Assembly: GCF_006345805.1 (NCBI RefSeq)
Contig: NC_042997.1
Location: 208,134,001 to 208,198,000 of the forward strand
Direction of reading: 5' to 3'
Length of the DNA: 64,000 nt
Source of the DNA: Octopus sinensis
Lineage: Eukaryota
Each line of letters starts with the position of its first letter. The first letter of the stretch is position 1. The notes beneath the pieces were generated by a model. It ran no database searches and was not told the origin of the DNA. It saw only the letters and a program-made list of their open reading frames with translations. A program made the position numbers and the translations under genes. Shown here one piece after another: positions 1 to 10,999 of the stretch.

Positions 1-90
1 GTGTGAGTGTGTGTGTGTGTGTGTGTGCGCGTGTGTGTGTGTGTGTGTGTGAGGGTGCGGGTGTGTGTGTGCGTGTGCGTGAGTGTGTGA
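1..90. repeat. (GT)n-rich microsatellite
   Basis: Direct inspection; the mirror (CA)n tract is at about 17540-17635. Confidence 0.95.
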
Positions 91-140
91 CAGGAAAGTT
101 TTTTACGACGAATATAAAACCTATATCCAAGTAGCAGAAA

Positions 141-410
141 GATAAGACAGTAAGGTGTGATTTGAGGGAGATTTGGCTGCTATTTCTACCATGTCTAGCT
201 GCCATGTAGGGGTCTCCCTCATAGGCTCATACATACATATATACATAGATAAGACAGTAAGGTGTGATTTGGGGGAAATTTGGCTGCTATTTCTACCAGG
301 TCTAGCTACCATGTAGAGGTCCCCCTCATTGGCTCATATATATATACATACATAAGACAGTAAGGTGTGATTTGAGGGAGATTTGGCTGCTGCGTTTCTA
401 CCAGGTCTGT
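141..410 (+). repeat. ~105-bp tandem repeat (~2.6 copies) inside the Helitron
   Basis: (G/C)ATAAGACAGTAAGGTGTGATTT recurs at 141, 248 and 351. Confidence 0.9.
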
Positions 411-776
411 TAGGCCTTCTCATGTAAACTCAAGCTTTCTCATGCCTTGAACATAAGACCAAAGCAGAGAATGTATTCTTTTATTCTTCTGCTTTTTCCA
501 GCCATTGGTCTGTGGCCATGCTGGGGCAATGCCTTGAAGAATTGTAGTTTAATGAATCAACTCCAGTTTTATTTTTGTAAGCATTGTACTTATTCTATCT
601 GTTTCCTTTGTCAAACCACTAGGTGACAGGGATGTAAACAAACCAACATTCGTGTCAAGCAGTGGTGGAGGACAATCACAAGCACAGACACGCACACACA
701 CACACATACATGCATACACATATACACACATACAACATACCACATACATACATATATATATGTGTGTATATATATA

Positions 777-1033
777 TTGCAGCGTGGAAGGTGTTTGTAA
801 GCCATTTAAGAAACACACAAAAACCGTTACATTCACTTCAACATTTAAATTTAATTTGCCAAAAATTTTCGTCGCTTTGAGACCGCGACCTGTTCACTGA
901 CAAAAATATCGTGCTAACAGGTCGCGGTCTCAAAGCGACGAAAATATTTTGACAAATTAATTTAAATGTTGAAGTGAATCTAACGGTTTTTGTGTGTTTC
1001 TTAAATGGCTTATAAACACCTTCAACGCTGCAA
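777..1033. repeat. Fold-back / MITE-like palindrome with 118-bp arms and a 21-nt spacer
   Basis: 777-894 is the near-perfect reverse complement of 916-1033. A second copy lies at 16751-17007. Confidence 0.95.
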
Positions 1034-1196
1034 CTGTTTTCGTTCCAGCACACGATCTCAGATCAAGTCACTTGCTATGCAAGTACATCTCTGTAACTAT
1101 ATATATATTATATATATATATATATGTATATTGGTACAAAAACAGTAAGATAACAAAAGAAAGAAAGAGACCTCAATATTATGTAAATAGAGGAAA

Positions 1197-1591
1197 TCTT
1201 TATATATAAAAGTGAGGTTGTGTGTCTGTCTCCTACGATTTACATTCCTAACTACTCCCACATTTTGCGGTGCAGTTTAACCAAAAACGGGTATCTTATA
1301 GTGGTGATTCATATCGAGACCGTCTGGGTATTAGCGCGCGTCTACGATGAGTCTACGATTTTAAAAAAAATTTACCATCAATTTTTCCCATTTTTAATCC
1401 ATTTTTGACATATATAAGGGAAGTAACTCTCTAAAATTTATTATTAAATCTCAGAACGTAAAAAGCTACAGTAAACACCCCTCCCCCTTTGTGGTTAGCC
1501 ATATTGAGATGGCTATTATACTTTACATCTCTAAAAATGCTTATATAATTATTTCCCTTACAAACCCGAGCAACGCCGGGCGATACTGCTA

Positions 1592-1592
<1 letters not shown>
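1197..1592 (+). mobile_element. Short non-autonomous Helitron (DINE-1/HINE-like architecture)
   Basis: 5' end A|TCTTTATATATAAAAGTGAGGTTGTGTGTCTGTC; 3' GC hairpin plus CTAG|T. The mirror copy is 16197-16588. Confidence 0.75.
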
Positions 1593-1656
<64 letters not shown>

Positions 1657-1714
1657 TAGATAAATGAATTATCTTAATTCAAAGATATATATTATATATT
1701 ATATATAGACACAG

Positions 1715-1761
<47 letters not shown>

Positions 1762-1810
1762 AAGTAGATAAATGAATTATCTTAATTTGAAAGATATATA
1801 TATAAATAGA
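1593..1810. repeat. Interrupted (TA)n microsatellite
   Basis: Direct inspection. Confidence 0.95.
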
Positions 1811-1839
1811 TGAGTGTATTTTACCTTGTTAACAATTAA

Positions 1840-2067
1840 CACGGATAAATGAATGAATAGTTACCAGGGCAGCAAAATCTCACAAGTAAAGATGTTGTAA
1901 CTCCTTGTTTATAAAGGTTGAAACTTCGTGTTTACGTTGAATATTTGAATAATAGGAATAAAAAATGGAGTCAACGCAGGTTTAAACAAGTATTTTTTTC
2001 TTTGAAACATATGTAGAAAGAAAAAAATACTTGTTTAAACCTGCGTTGACTCCATTTTTTATTCCTA
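1840..2067 (-). mobile_element. PLE terminal-repeat (pLTR) fragment with a ~51-bp inverted duplication
   Basis: Similar to 41580-41760 (GAATAGTTACCAGGG..AGCAAAA...AAATGGAGT). Arms 1953-2003 and 2017-2067 flank GAAACATATGTAG. Confidence 0.6.
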
Positions 2068-2117
2068 TATATATATATAAACACAGACACACACATATAT
2101 ATATATATATCATATAT

Positions 2118-2357
2118 TCATCATCATCATCATCGTTAACGTCCGTTTTCCGCGCTAGCACGGGTTGGACGGTTTCGACCGGGGTCTGGGGAGCTCGGGA
2201 CTGCCCCAGGCTCCAGTCTAGTCTGGCAGTGTTTCTACAGCTGGATGCCCTTCCTAACGCCAACCACTCCGCGAGTGTAGTGGGTGTTTTTTACGTGCCA
2301 CCTGCACAGGTGCCAGAGGGGTCTGGCATCGGCCACGTTCGGATGGTGCTTTTTATG
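2118..2357 (-). mobile_element. RTE 3'-UTR / RTE-derived short repeat with (GAT)n tail
   Basis: Contains GGATGCCCTTCCTAACGCCAACCACTCC and a (CAT)n tract. The same sequence follows an RTE ORF at 44975-45215. Confidence 0.85.
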
Positions 2358-2830
2358 GGGGGGGTGCAGAAATATAGGGGAGCACCAGTGGGAGGGGTGG
2401 TTCAGAGGACAGGTTCTAGGCAAGTAGAAAGTAGGAAATCGAGAGAGGGGTAATGCATGGTGAAATAGCGTATTGAAGAGGGGGGTTCAAAGAGTAGACA
2501 CCTATAATGGTGGTGGGGGGGTGCAGAATATAGGGGAGCACCATTGGGAGGGGTGGTCTGAGGACAGGTTCTAGGCAAGTAGAACGTAGGATATCGAGAG
2601 AGGGGTAATGCATGGTGAAATAGCGTATTGAAGAGGGGGGTTCAAAGAGTAGACACCTATAATGGTGGTGGTGGGGGGGTGCAGAAATATAGGGGAGCAC
2701 CGTGGGAGGGGTGTTTCAGAGGACAGGTTCTAGGCAAGTAGAACGTAGGATATCGAAAGAGGGGTAATGCATGGTGAAATAGCGTATTGAAGAGGGGGGT
2801 TCAAAGAGTAGACACCTATAATGGTGGTGG
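2358..2830. repeat. ~157-bp tandem repeat, 3 copies
   Basis: GTGCAGAA(A)TATAGGGGAGCACC recurs at 2364, 2521 and 2679. Confidence 0.95.
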
Positions 2831-2993
2831 TGAGAAACGACATCCGGTATAGTTGGAGCAAAATAGAGATATCCGGTATTGGTGGTGGTGGGGGTGGTGG
2901 TGGGGGTGGTGGTGGTGTTGGTTTTTTGGCGGGGGTAGGGTGGGGGTGGCGGTGGGTAGGGTGGGGGTGGCGGTGGGTAGGGCGGGCGCGCCG

Positions 2994-4433
2994 CAAAGAA
3001 TCGGCGGCCAATTCGATCAGCCCTGTAAGGGAGATAGATCTTAAATATCTATAACGATAACTAATGAATTATACAGAATATGCAAAAACGAGGCGAGGCT
3101 GAATAGTAAACAGAGTGGCGACTAGGGGGCTCAGAATAATGATACATAATAAATAATAATAAATAGAGATACGGGGTGAATTAAAGTTCAAAGATTTCTT
3201 ATCTTGGGATCACTTCGTTTACGGACAGACTTGGCAAAAGGAATTCGGAATCAAGAATGAGGCAGGTTACTAGCTTAAGTATGCATAGCCATGGAGAGAA
3301 GTAGGAAGAGAGGAGTCCAGACAGACAATGTAAAAAGAGGGGGAGAGAAGGGGAAGAGAACCCCGCGAAGAAATCGGCGGCCAATTCGATCAGCCCTGTA
3401 AGGGAGATAGATCTTAAATATCTATAACGATAACTAATGAATTATACAGAATATGCAAAAACGAGGCGAGGCTGAAATAGTAAACAGAGTGGCGACTAGG
3501 GGGCTCAGAATAATGATACATAATAAATAATATAAATAGAGATACGGGGTGAATTAAAGTTCAAAGATTTCTTATCTTGGGATCACTTCGTTTACGGACA
3601 GACTTGCAAAAGGATTCGGAATCAAGAATGAGGCAGGTTACTAGCTTAAGTATGCATAGCCATGGAGAGAAGTAGGAGAGAGGAGTCCAGACAGACAATG
3701 TAAAAAGAGGGGGAGAGAAGGGGAAGAGAACCCCGCGAAGAAATCGGCGGCCAATTCGATCAGCCCTGTAAGGAGATAGATCTTAATATCTATAACGATA
3801 ACTAATGAATTATACAGAATATGCAAAAACGAGGCGAGGCTGAAATAGTAAACAGAGTGGCGACTAGGGGGCTCAGAATAATGATACATAATAAATAATA
3901 ATAAATAGAGATACGGGGTGAATTAAAGTTCAAAGATTTCTTATCTTGGGATCACTTCGTTTACGGACGACTTGGCAAAAGGAATTCGGAATCAAGAATG
4001 AGGCAGGTACTAGCTTAAGTATGCATAGCCATGGAGAGAAGTAGGAAGAGAGGAGTCCAGACAGACAATGTAAAAAGAGGGGGAGAGAAGGGGAAGAGAA
4101 CCCCGCGAAGAATCGGCGGCCAATTCGATCAGCCCTGTAAGGGAGATAGATCTTAAATATCTATAACGATAACTAATGAATTATACAGAATATGCAAAAA
4201 CGAGGCGAGGCTGAAATAGTAAACAGAGTGGCGACTAGGGGGCTCAGAATAATGATACATAATAAATAATAATAAATAGAGATACGGGGTGAATTAAGTT
4301 CAAAGATTTCTTATCTTGGGATCACATCGTTACGGACAGACTTGGCAAAAGGAATTCGGAATCAAGAATGAGGCAGGTTACTAGCTTAAGTATGCATAGC
4401 CATGAGAGAAGTAGGAAGAGGAGTCCAGACAGA
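2994..4433. repeat. ~370-bp tandem repeat, ~3.9 near-identical copies
   Basis: AAGA(A)ATCGGCGGCCAATTCGATCAGCCC recurs at about 2995, 3368, 3738 and 4108. Confidence 0.97.
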
Positions 4434-4519
4434 TATATATATATATATATATAATATATATATGATATATTATATATATATATATATATATATAATATAA
4501 ATGAATATCTTAATTCGAA

Positions 4520-4557
<38 letters not shown>

Positions 4558-5411
4558 ATCTCAATACTCCCCTTCCACAAACCTAACCAGTACCTTAATA
4601 CCTTAACATCCATTCCAATCACCATAAATCCACTTTTTATAATATAATCAAAGGAATCTCAACCCGCATATCTGACCTCTCTTCTACTGAAGAAATCTTC
4701 AATAATCACGCACCATATTATAATCAACCACTCGCTGCTAGAGGCTTCTCCCAACAAATAGAATACATCCAGAACACCAGGCTCAAATAATACATATCTC
4801 AAATCACATCTCAAACATGCAACAACCACCACAACTGCAACCAAACACACACAGTTGATCGGAACATGGAAGCCATTGCATCCAGACAATATAGACCCCA
4901 CACACATTCATTTAACAATAGGGCAAATACTAAAACAAATAAAACAACTAACAATAACAGGCCTCACTTATCACCCACCCTACACAATAAGTTAAATAAC
5001 TCATTTATCTAACAATTTAGATAGCTCCATTCCCAGATCCCCTAAAAAAGTGACAGTCACTCTATTTTATGGTACAAACCACCATTTTCACTTAACGTTA
5101 AGAACCTAGCTAAACCCTTCTTTAGAATACTTGATTGCAACTTCCCTCGACAACATAAATATCACTCTATCTTTAATCAATCCACCCTGAAACTATCTTA
5201 TTCAAACTCACCAAACTTTGAATCTATTGCAGCAGCCTCGAATAAGCAAAAGCTCTCTCTTTACTATCAAAACTTACATAACAACAACTCTACTAATACA
5301 AATAATCAACACACGTACATATCTAGCATAGATACTATCACACCTGGTAATAATTGCAACCCAACCTATTCTACCAACAATGCCCAGAATATCACCACAT
5401 TCTCTAATGCC

Positions 5412-6086
5412 TTGACAAATAGCAGAAGTAAGAGTAACAATAGTAGTAATAGCGGTGGTAGTAATGATAACTTTAATAATGATATTGGTAATAATAATAA
5501 TAATAATAATAAAAATAATAATAATATAGAAATTTTCACCCGCTTCGATAACCTCTCTTCTGATGATACTAACTCCTCAGTTACTGAACATGATCCTCAA
5601 AATTCACCTAATTGTATTTGCCCTCCTGGAACAACCTGCCCACTACAAACCCATTGCAGAAGATATAATGTAATCTACAAATGCACAGTCCTTAACCAAT
5701 TACACAAATCTTCAGCCATATACATAGGATCAACAAAAAACTTTAAGCAACGATATGCCACTCATCTCCACTCTTTTAGATACAATAAACATAGTAAATC
5801 TACAACGCCTGCCAACCACATACATCATCTCAACAATGCAAATATACCCTATACTTTATCATGGTCCATAATAGACTTAGGACTTTCCTACCAAGGTCAA
5901 CGCTCAATGTGCAAGCATTGCTTGAAGGATGCACTCCAAATATCGAAGCACAACTCTCCAACACTGCTTAATAAACATAACGAGGCACAAAGCACATGCA
6001 ACCACCGCTTATATCACACATTTAAATTCTATCACAAATCCAAATGCCAAAATGACCATACAGTACATTTCTGCATTAATTCATAG
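5412..6086 (+). pseudogene. PLE GIY-YIG endonuclease region preceded by an Asn-rich linker
   Basis: CICxxxxxCPLxxHC..NVIYKC...IYIGSTKNFKQRYATH..SF...CKHCLK..LNK...CNHR pattern. Confidence 0.85.
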
Positions 6087-7103
6087 GTAATCCCATTAAC
6101 CAATGAATTTACACTCTAACTTATAACCCATATCTAGTTTCTCACATATGCAACCATCTGATTATATTTGTTTACATATATATACACGTACACACCCATA
6201 CGTGTGTATATATGCATGAGGGAGGGTATGCACGTATGCATACATGTGGGTATATGTAAACATTTATACACATGCAAAATTTAGATGACTGCACATGTAG
6301 GAACGATGATACACAAGGATTGTATTTGTAACTTATCTCTATAACTTATAGGATAAAGATGTATATATGTCTTCACATAAATATTATCTCAGAATAACTA
6401 ACACAGCTATTTCCTTAATTCTTCACAATAAATAGCTGCTACTACACTTAGTACTTCCTCTATCTCTTAAACCCCCTCCCCACCGAATTCCTATATCATT
6501 TATACTATAATACCTTTCTCTCTCTATGCCCACCCCTACTTTCAAACTACCTCCACTGACCAACCTATATCTTAATTTTTCTTTTTTCTTTTACTTACTC
6601 TCTTTATTCATACCTTCAGGGGTTTTATTTTTTATTTTTGTTTTTTACTAATCTTCTTTCTTTCTATCCTCCTCTTATCTCTCTCTCTATTGTCATTCCT
6701 CTCTTCCTGTTTTTTTCTTTGTCATTCCTCTCTTCCTGTTTTCAATTTGACCAAACTAATACACTCCCTATTTCCAGGTCAGTTTAAACACAAACACTAA
6801 ATCTGCTACATTTTATATAAATTCCCTACAAGGAATGACCAACTTTAAGAGAATCTTACATTGCTTATAAACTTTACATTTGGATGGACTCATATTAAAC
6901 TCTTTTGGATGGACTCATATTAAAATCTTTTGGAGTTTACTCAAAGGATATTGGAATAATATACATACATACCATTATGCCTATAAAACGGATTTATGAA
7001 CTCAATAACCATACATACCTTACATCTATTTTCTTTCCTCCACCTCACTCTTTATTTGTATCACATCTAAACTAACTATGACTTAATTTTTCCTCTCACA
7101 CTA

Positions 7104-7156
7104 TCTCCGATGAAAGGATATTATTATTAATTAATATCCCAGAAACAGCTGTAAGA
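7104..7156 (+). ncRNA. Minimal type-I hammerhead ribozyme motif (U4C variant) in the PLE pLTR
   Basis: TCT-CCGATGA-A-(A)GGATATTA..TAATATCC(C)-A-GAAA-C-AGCT-G-TA^AGA. Confidence 0.65.
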
Positions 7157-7229
7157 CCTTCTACCTATAAATGTTCTAATATCTATACAGCCTTGATTTT
7201 TTTATCTCATTACACAAAAAATTCATATA

Positions 7230-9255
7230 TCATCATCATCATCATCATCGTTTAATGTCCGCTTTCCGTGCTAGCATGGGTTGGACAGTTCAACTGGGGT
7301 CTGGGAAGCCAGAAGGCTGCACCAGGCCCAGTCTGATCTGGCAGTGTTTCTACGGCTAGATGCCCTTCCTATCCATCTGTTCGTACACTTGCGTCATACA
7401 GTCTGCCTTTTACTCTGAGGAAGAGGCCTTTAGTCACCAGCAGAGGTAAGAGCTCTCTGAACTTTGCCCAGGCTATTCATCCGAACAATCCGAACGTGGC
7501 CATTGCCAGTGCCGCTCCGACTGGCTTCCATGCCGGTGGCATGTAAAAAGCACCATCAGATCGTGGCCGTTTGCCAGCCTCATCTGGCACCTGTGCCAGT
7601 GGCACATAAAAAGCACCCACTACACTCACGGAGTGGTTGGCATTAGGAAGGGCATCCAGCCGTAGAAACATTGCTAGATCAGACTGGGCCTGGTGCAGTC
7701 TTCTGGCTTCCCAGATCCCAGTTGCACCGCCAGCATGGAAAGCGGAGGCTAAACGATGATAATGATGATGATTCATACTCTAGCAGTTACACTTTCAGCA
7801 CCCCCACCCCCACTACTGACTTGGTCACCTAGGTAACGGAAGCTATCAACTATTTCTATTTTTTTTCCCTGAAATTTGACGGAGGTTGGTCTCTGTACAT
7901 CTTCAGTGTTTATTGCACCTGTGCATCATCCACACACAAAAACTATCTTCCTAGTTAGCCTTCCTTTGACGTTGCTGCACATCTTATGTATCCGTACCTT
8001 ACACTTGGTGCATCTTATGGAGTTTCTACTTAAGCCTTTTCTACAGATCGAGCAGAGCCATCTACCTGAAGACATTTGTGGATTTTCTACCTTCCTACTT
8101 ATTAGTACTTTGGTTTTAGCTAGGTTGACTCTAAGGCCCTTCGATTCTAATCCTTCCTTCCACATCTGAAACTTCTCCTCTAGTTCTGGTAGTGACTCAG
8201 CAATTAGAGCAAGGTCATCAGCATAGAGGAGCTCCCAGGGGCATCCTGTCTTGAATTCCTCCGTTATTGCCTGGAGGACTATAATAAATAGGAGGGGGCT
8301 GAGGACTGAACCTTGGTGGACCCCTACCTCTACCCAAAATTCTTCACTGTACTCATTGCCAACCCTCACCTTACTAGCAGCGTCCCTGTACATGGCTCGC
8401 ACAGCTCTCACTAGCCATTCATCTATCCCTAGTTTCCTCATTGACCACCAGATAAGGGATCGGGGGACCCTGCCAAAGGCTTTCTCCATGTCAACGAAAG
8501 CCAGGTACAGTGGTTTATCTTTGGCTAGGTATTTCTCCTGCAGCTGACTCACCAGAAATATAGCATCAGTGGTGCTTTTCCCTGGCACGAAACCAAACTG
8601 CATCTCATCTAAACTGACTCTCTCCTTAATTAATTGGGCTATGACCCTCCCCGTAACCTTCATTACCTGATCCAACAGCTTGATATCTCTGTAATTATTT
8701 GTATCTAAAGCGTCACCTTTACCTTTGTAGCAGTTGACTATTATGCTGCTACACCAGTCATTTGATATGACTCCTTCATGTATAGCCGACACTGCCAGAT
8801 ATTTTGAGCATCTCTGCAGTAATTCCTGATGGGCCTGGGGCTTTCCCTGTTTTCATGCTTCTAACTGCCTTACCTACCAAGGAACAGTCAACTGAGATAG
8901 CTGGTCCCTCTGTTGGGTCGACATTCGGCAGACTCTTTATCCCATTCATTTTCTTTATTCAGCAACCTTTCATAGTTTCATCTCCAAACCTCTCTCTTTT
9001 CATCCTCATTTAGCGCAAGTGAACCATCATCCATGAGAACATTTTTCTCTTCTACCACATCATGATTCTCTCTCACACACTGTCTTGCAACACGAAATAC
9101 CTCAAGTCTTTGGTCCTCACAGCGCAGAACATTGGCAAATTTTATCTGCTTCCCCTCTGGCTAAATAGACCTGTCTCCTAGCTTCCCTTCTGGCAGTCTG
9201 ATACACTTCCCTGCTACCTCCAGTTCTTCCAGTCCCTCCAAGCCTGTTTCTTTTG
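7230..9255 (-). mobile_element. RTE-clade LINE fragment (RT region plus its own truncated 3' tail), interrupted by an insertion at 7467-7770
   Basis: ORF 7926-8792 has QFGFVPGKSTTDAIF, FVDMEKAF, GVHQGSVLSPLLF and LLYADDL. (CAT)n tail at about 7230. Confidence 0.92.
7467..7770 (+). mobile_element. RTE 3'-UTR copy inserted into the RTE body
   Basis: Tail sequence ending in (GAT)n, flanked by an ATTCAT duplication. Host sequence is contiguous in the 20430 copy. Confidence 0.8.
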
Positions 9256-9261
9256 TCAGCC

Positions 9262-9507
9262 TCGCCTGGCCCCCATGCCGGTGGCACGTAAAAGCACCAT
9301 CCGTTCGTGGCCGTTTGCCACCTCCGTCTGGCACCTGTGCGGGTGGCACGTAAAAAGCACCCACTACACACACGGAGTGGTTGGCGTTAGGAAGGGCATC
9401 CAGCCGTAGAAACACTGCCAGATAAGACTGGGCCTGATGCAGCCTTCTGGCTTCAGAGACCCCAGTTGAACCATCCAACCCATGCTAGCATGGAAAGCGG
9501 ACGCTAA

Positions 9508-9539
<32 letters not shown>

Positions 9540-9540
9540 A
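9262..9540 (+). mobile_element. RTE 3'-UTR copy with (GAT)n tail
   Basis: GTGGTTGGCGTTAGGAAGGGCATCCAGC...CATGGAAAGCGGACG followed by (GAT)n. Confidence 0.85.
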
Positions 9541-10999
9541 ATACTCTAATGGAGGCCTTAACTCCCAAATTTTAGTCATTTCTTTTATGAATCAAAACTA
9601 GGTCAAAAGTACAGAATGGATCTTTATGAAATTTGGAAATTGTATTCTATACATAAGGGCCATATCCCCCATGATAATTCATATATTTTTGCTGTTGATA
9701 AAATTTTAACTATAGACATTAGACACAAATGAAGTAATATTTATAAAATTTCATCTTCTTACAAGTTACAAAGACCCCTCCATGGGGACTTAACATCCAC
9801 ATTTTGTCATTTTATCTAAGCAAAGACGAATACAGTTATGCTCTTGGAAGCTGTAGGATTACCTGAGCATAAAAGTTGGGTATTATTTCTAATTCAATGG
9901 TACAACAGTGTAACAGTTTGCTTTGACATACACTTACATTGTGATTTCTGCAATGTGCTGCATAAATTGTCAAGTAAATGAGAGGCATCTTTGCCTCCAC
10001 TGATTCAGTTGCAAAGTGTTGAGTAAAGTTATTTGATTGCAGACTTCCTTTCAGTATTTTTATTATCACTGGATCACACATAGTCCCCAGATGGTAACAT
10101 TGATTTCAAGGTCTTCCTAGATGAGTGACTGGTTATTCAAAGACATTTATAGATTGTAAATTTGTTCTGTCCACTTACGTATCAGTATAGTGGTCATTTA
10201 CAAAATCCAGAGGTGACACTTTCATTTCTCCTTAGCTCTCACGTCAGACAGTTGTTAATGTTTATTTCAGTTGGGTCACTCCCTTCCAATTGCTAAAGAT
10301 TCGTAATGCATCTTACGGTTGTGCCTATCACTTGGATGATGAGGAATCCTACATTTTGAGTGGTAATGACTAGGGTAGGGTAGCTGACTGCTTATTGTGA
10401 TCATTCGTCTTTTGGTTTCCTGTAGCTTTGCTCTCTTTTACAAACACAGTGAACATATATTTCCTATTTCAAAGAAATTCAAACAATAGATATAAGACCC
10501 AAGTTAAAAAGATTCTCAACAATTCAACTTCTCTGCTTGACTTTAAGACACCCACCCCCAACAGGGGCCTTAACTCTCACATTTTAGAGCTCCATGACCT
10601 TCATTTTTCAGGAGCAAAATCCTTCTGAGAGGTTCTATAAGACTGGAATTTTGGAATATGCGCTTAAAAATCAGTAGTATGGGATACATGTGTTATGATT
10701 ACAATCTTTTTAGGGTGTGTAAAGAGGGAAATAACCTTCATCTGCAATTTTGATGAAATTTGAAACATAGATATTCCAGTTCATTGGAGAAAATATAACA
10801 GAAAGGTCTAATTCTTCAATTGCATGTAACTCGGGGAATACCGGGTATCTCTGCTAATCACTTATATTTCTATATATTTGAAACCACGGATTTCCCAACT
10901 CGGGAGAAGACTTTTCTTTAACTACAGATTCTTATTCTTATTAATTTCAAACAACCAAATAACCAAAACCACACACTCCTATGGGAGAGTATTTATTTA

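Larger units (their letters stand above)
1..1592 (+). mobile_element. Composite non-autonomous Helitron-like element, copy A (5' end lies outside the window)
   Basis: Ends in the hairpin CCCG(A)GC-AAC-GCCGGG (1565-1580) followed by CTAG (1589-1592) and T. It is the reverse complement of about 16197-17630, apart from an extra ~150 bp at about 328-476. Confidence 0.75.
4553..7225 (+). mobile_element. 5'-truncated Penelope-like retroelement (probably Naiad-like): RT thumb remnant, GIY-YIG, pLTR
   Basis: Degenerate translation gives PFHKPN..YLNIHSNHH..IIKGISTRISDLSSTEEIF and ILWYKPPFSLNV...IFNQSTLKLSYS. A GIY-YIG ORF and a hammerhead motif follow downstream. Confidence 0.85.

Noticed and set aside
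2994-4433. 370-bp tandem repeat as a retrozyme
   Set aside because: No CUGANGA...GAAA core found on either strand by eye; kept only as an unexplained repeat.
5412-6086. Selenocysteine (in-frame TGA) as reported for some Naiad PLEs
   Set aside because: The Cys positions visible here and in the 50500-50850 GIY-YIG region are ordinary TGT/TGC codons; stops elsewhere look like decay.
9836-10420. Unique-looking segment with minus-strand ORF VIIKILKGSLQ as a second macro-domain exon
   Set aside because: No DxIVN/NAAN or HAVGP motif, no convincing splice pair, and stops in flanking frames; possibly an old TE remnant.
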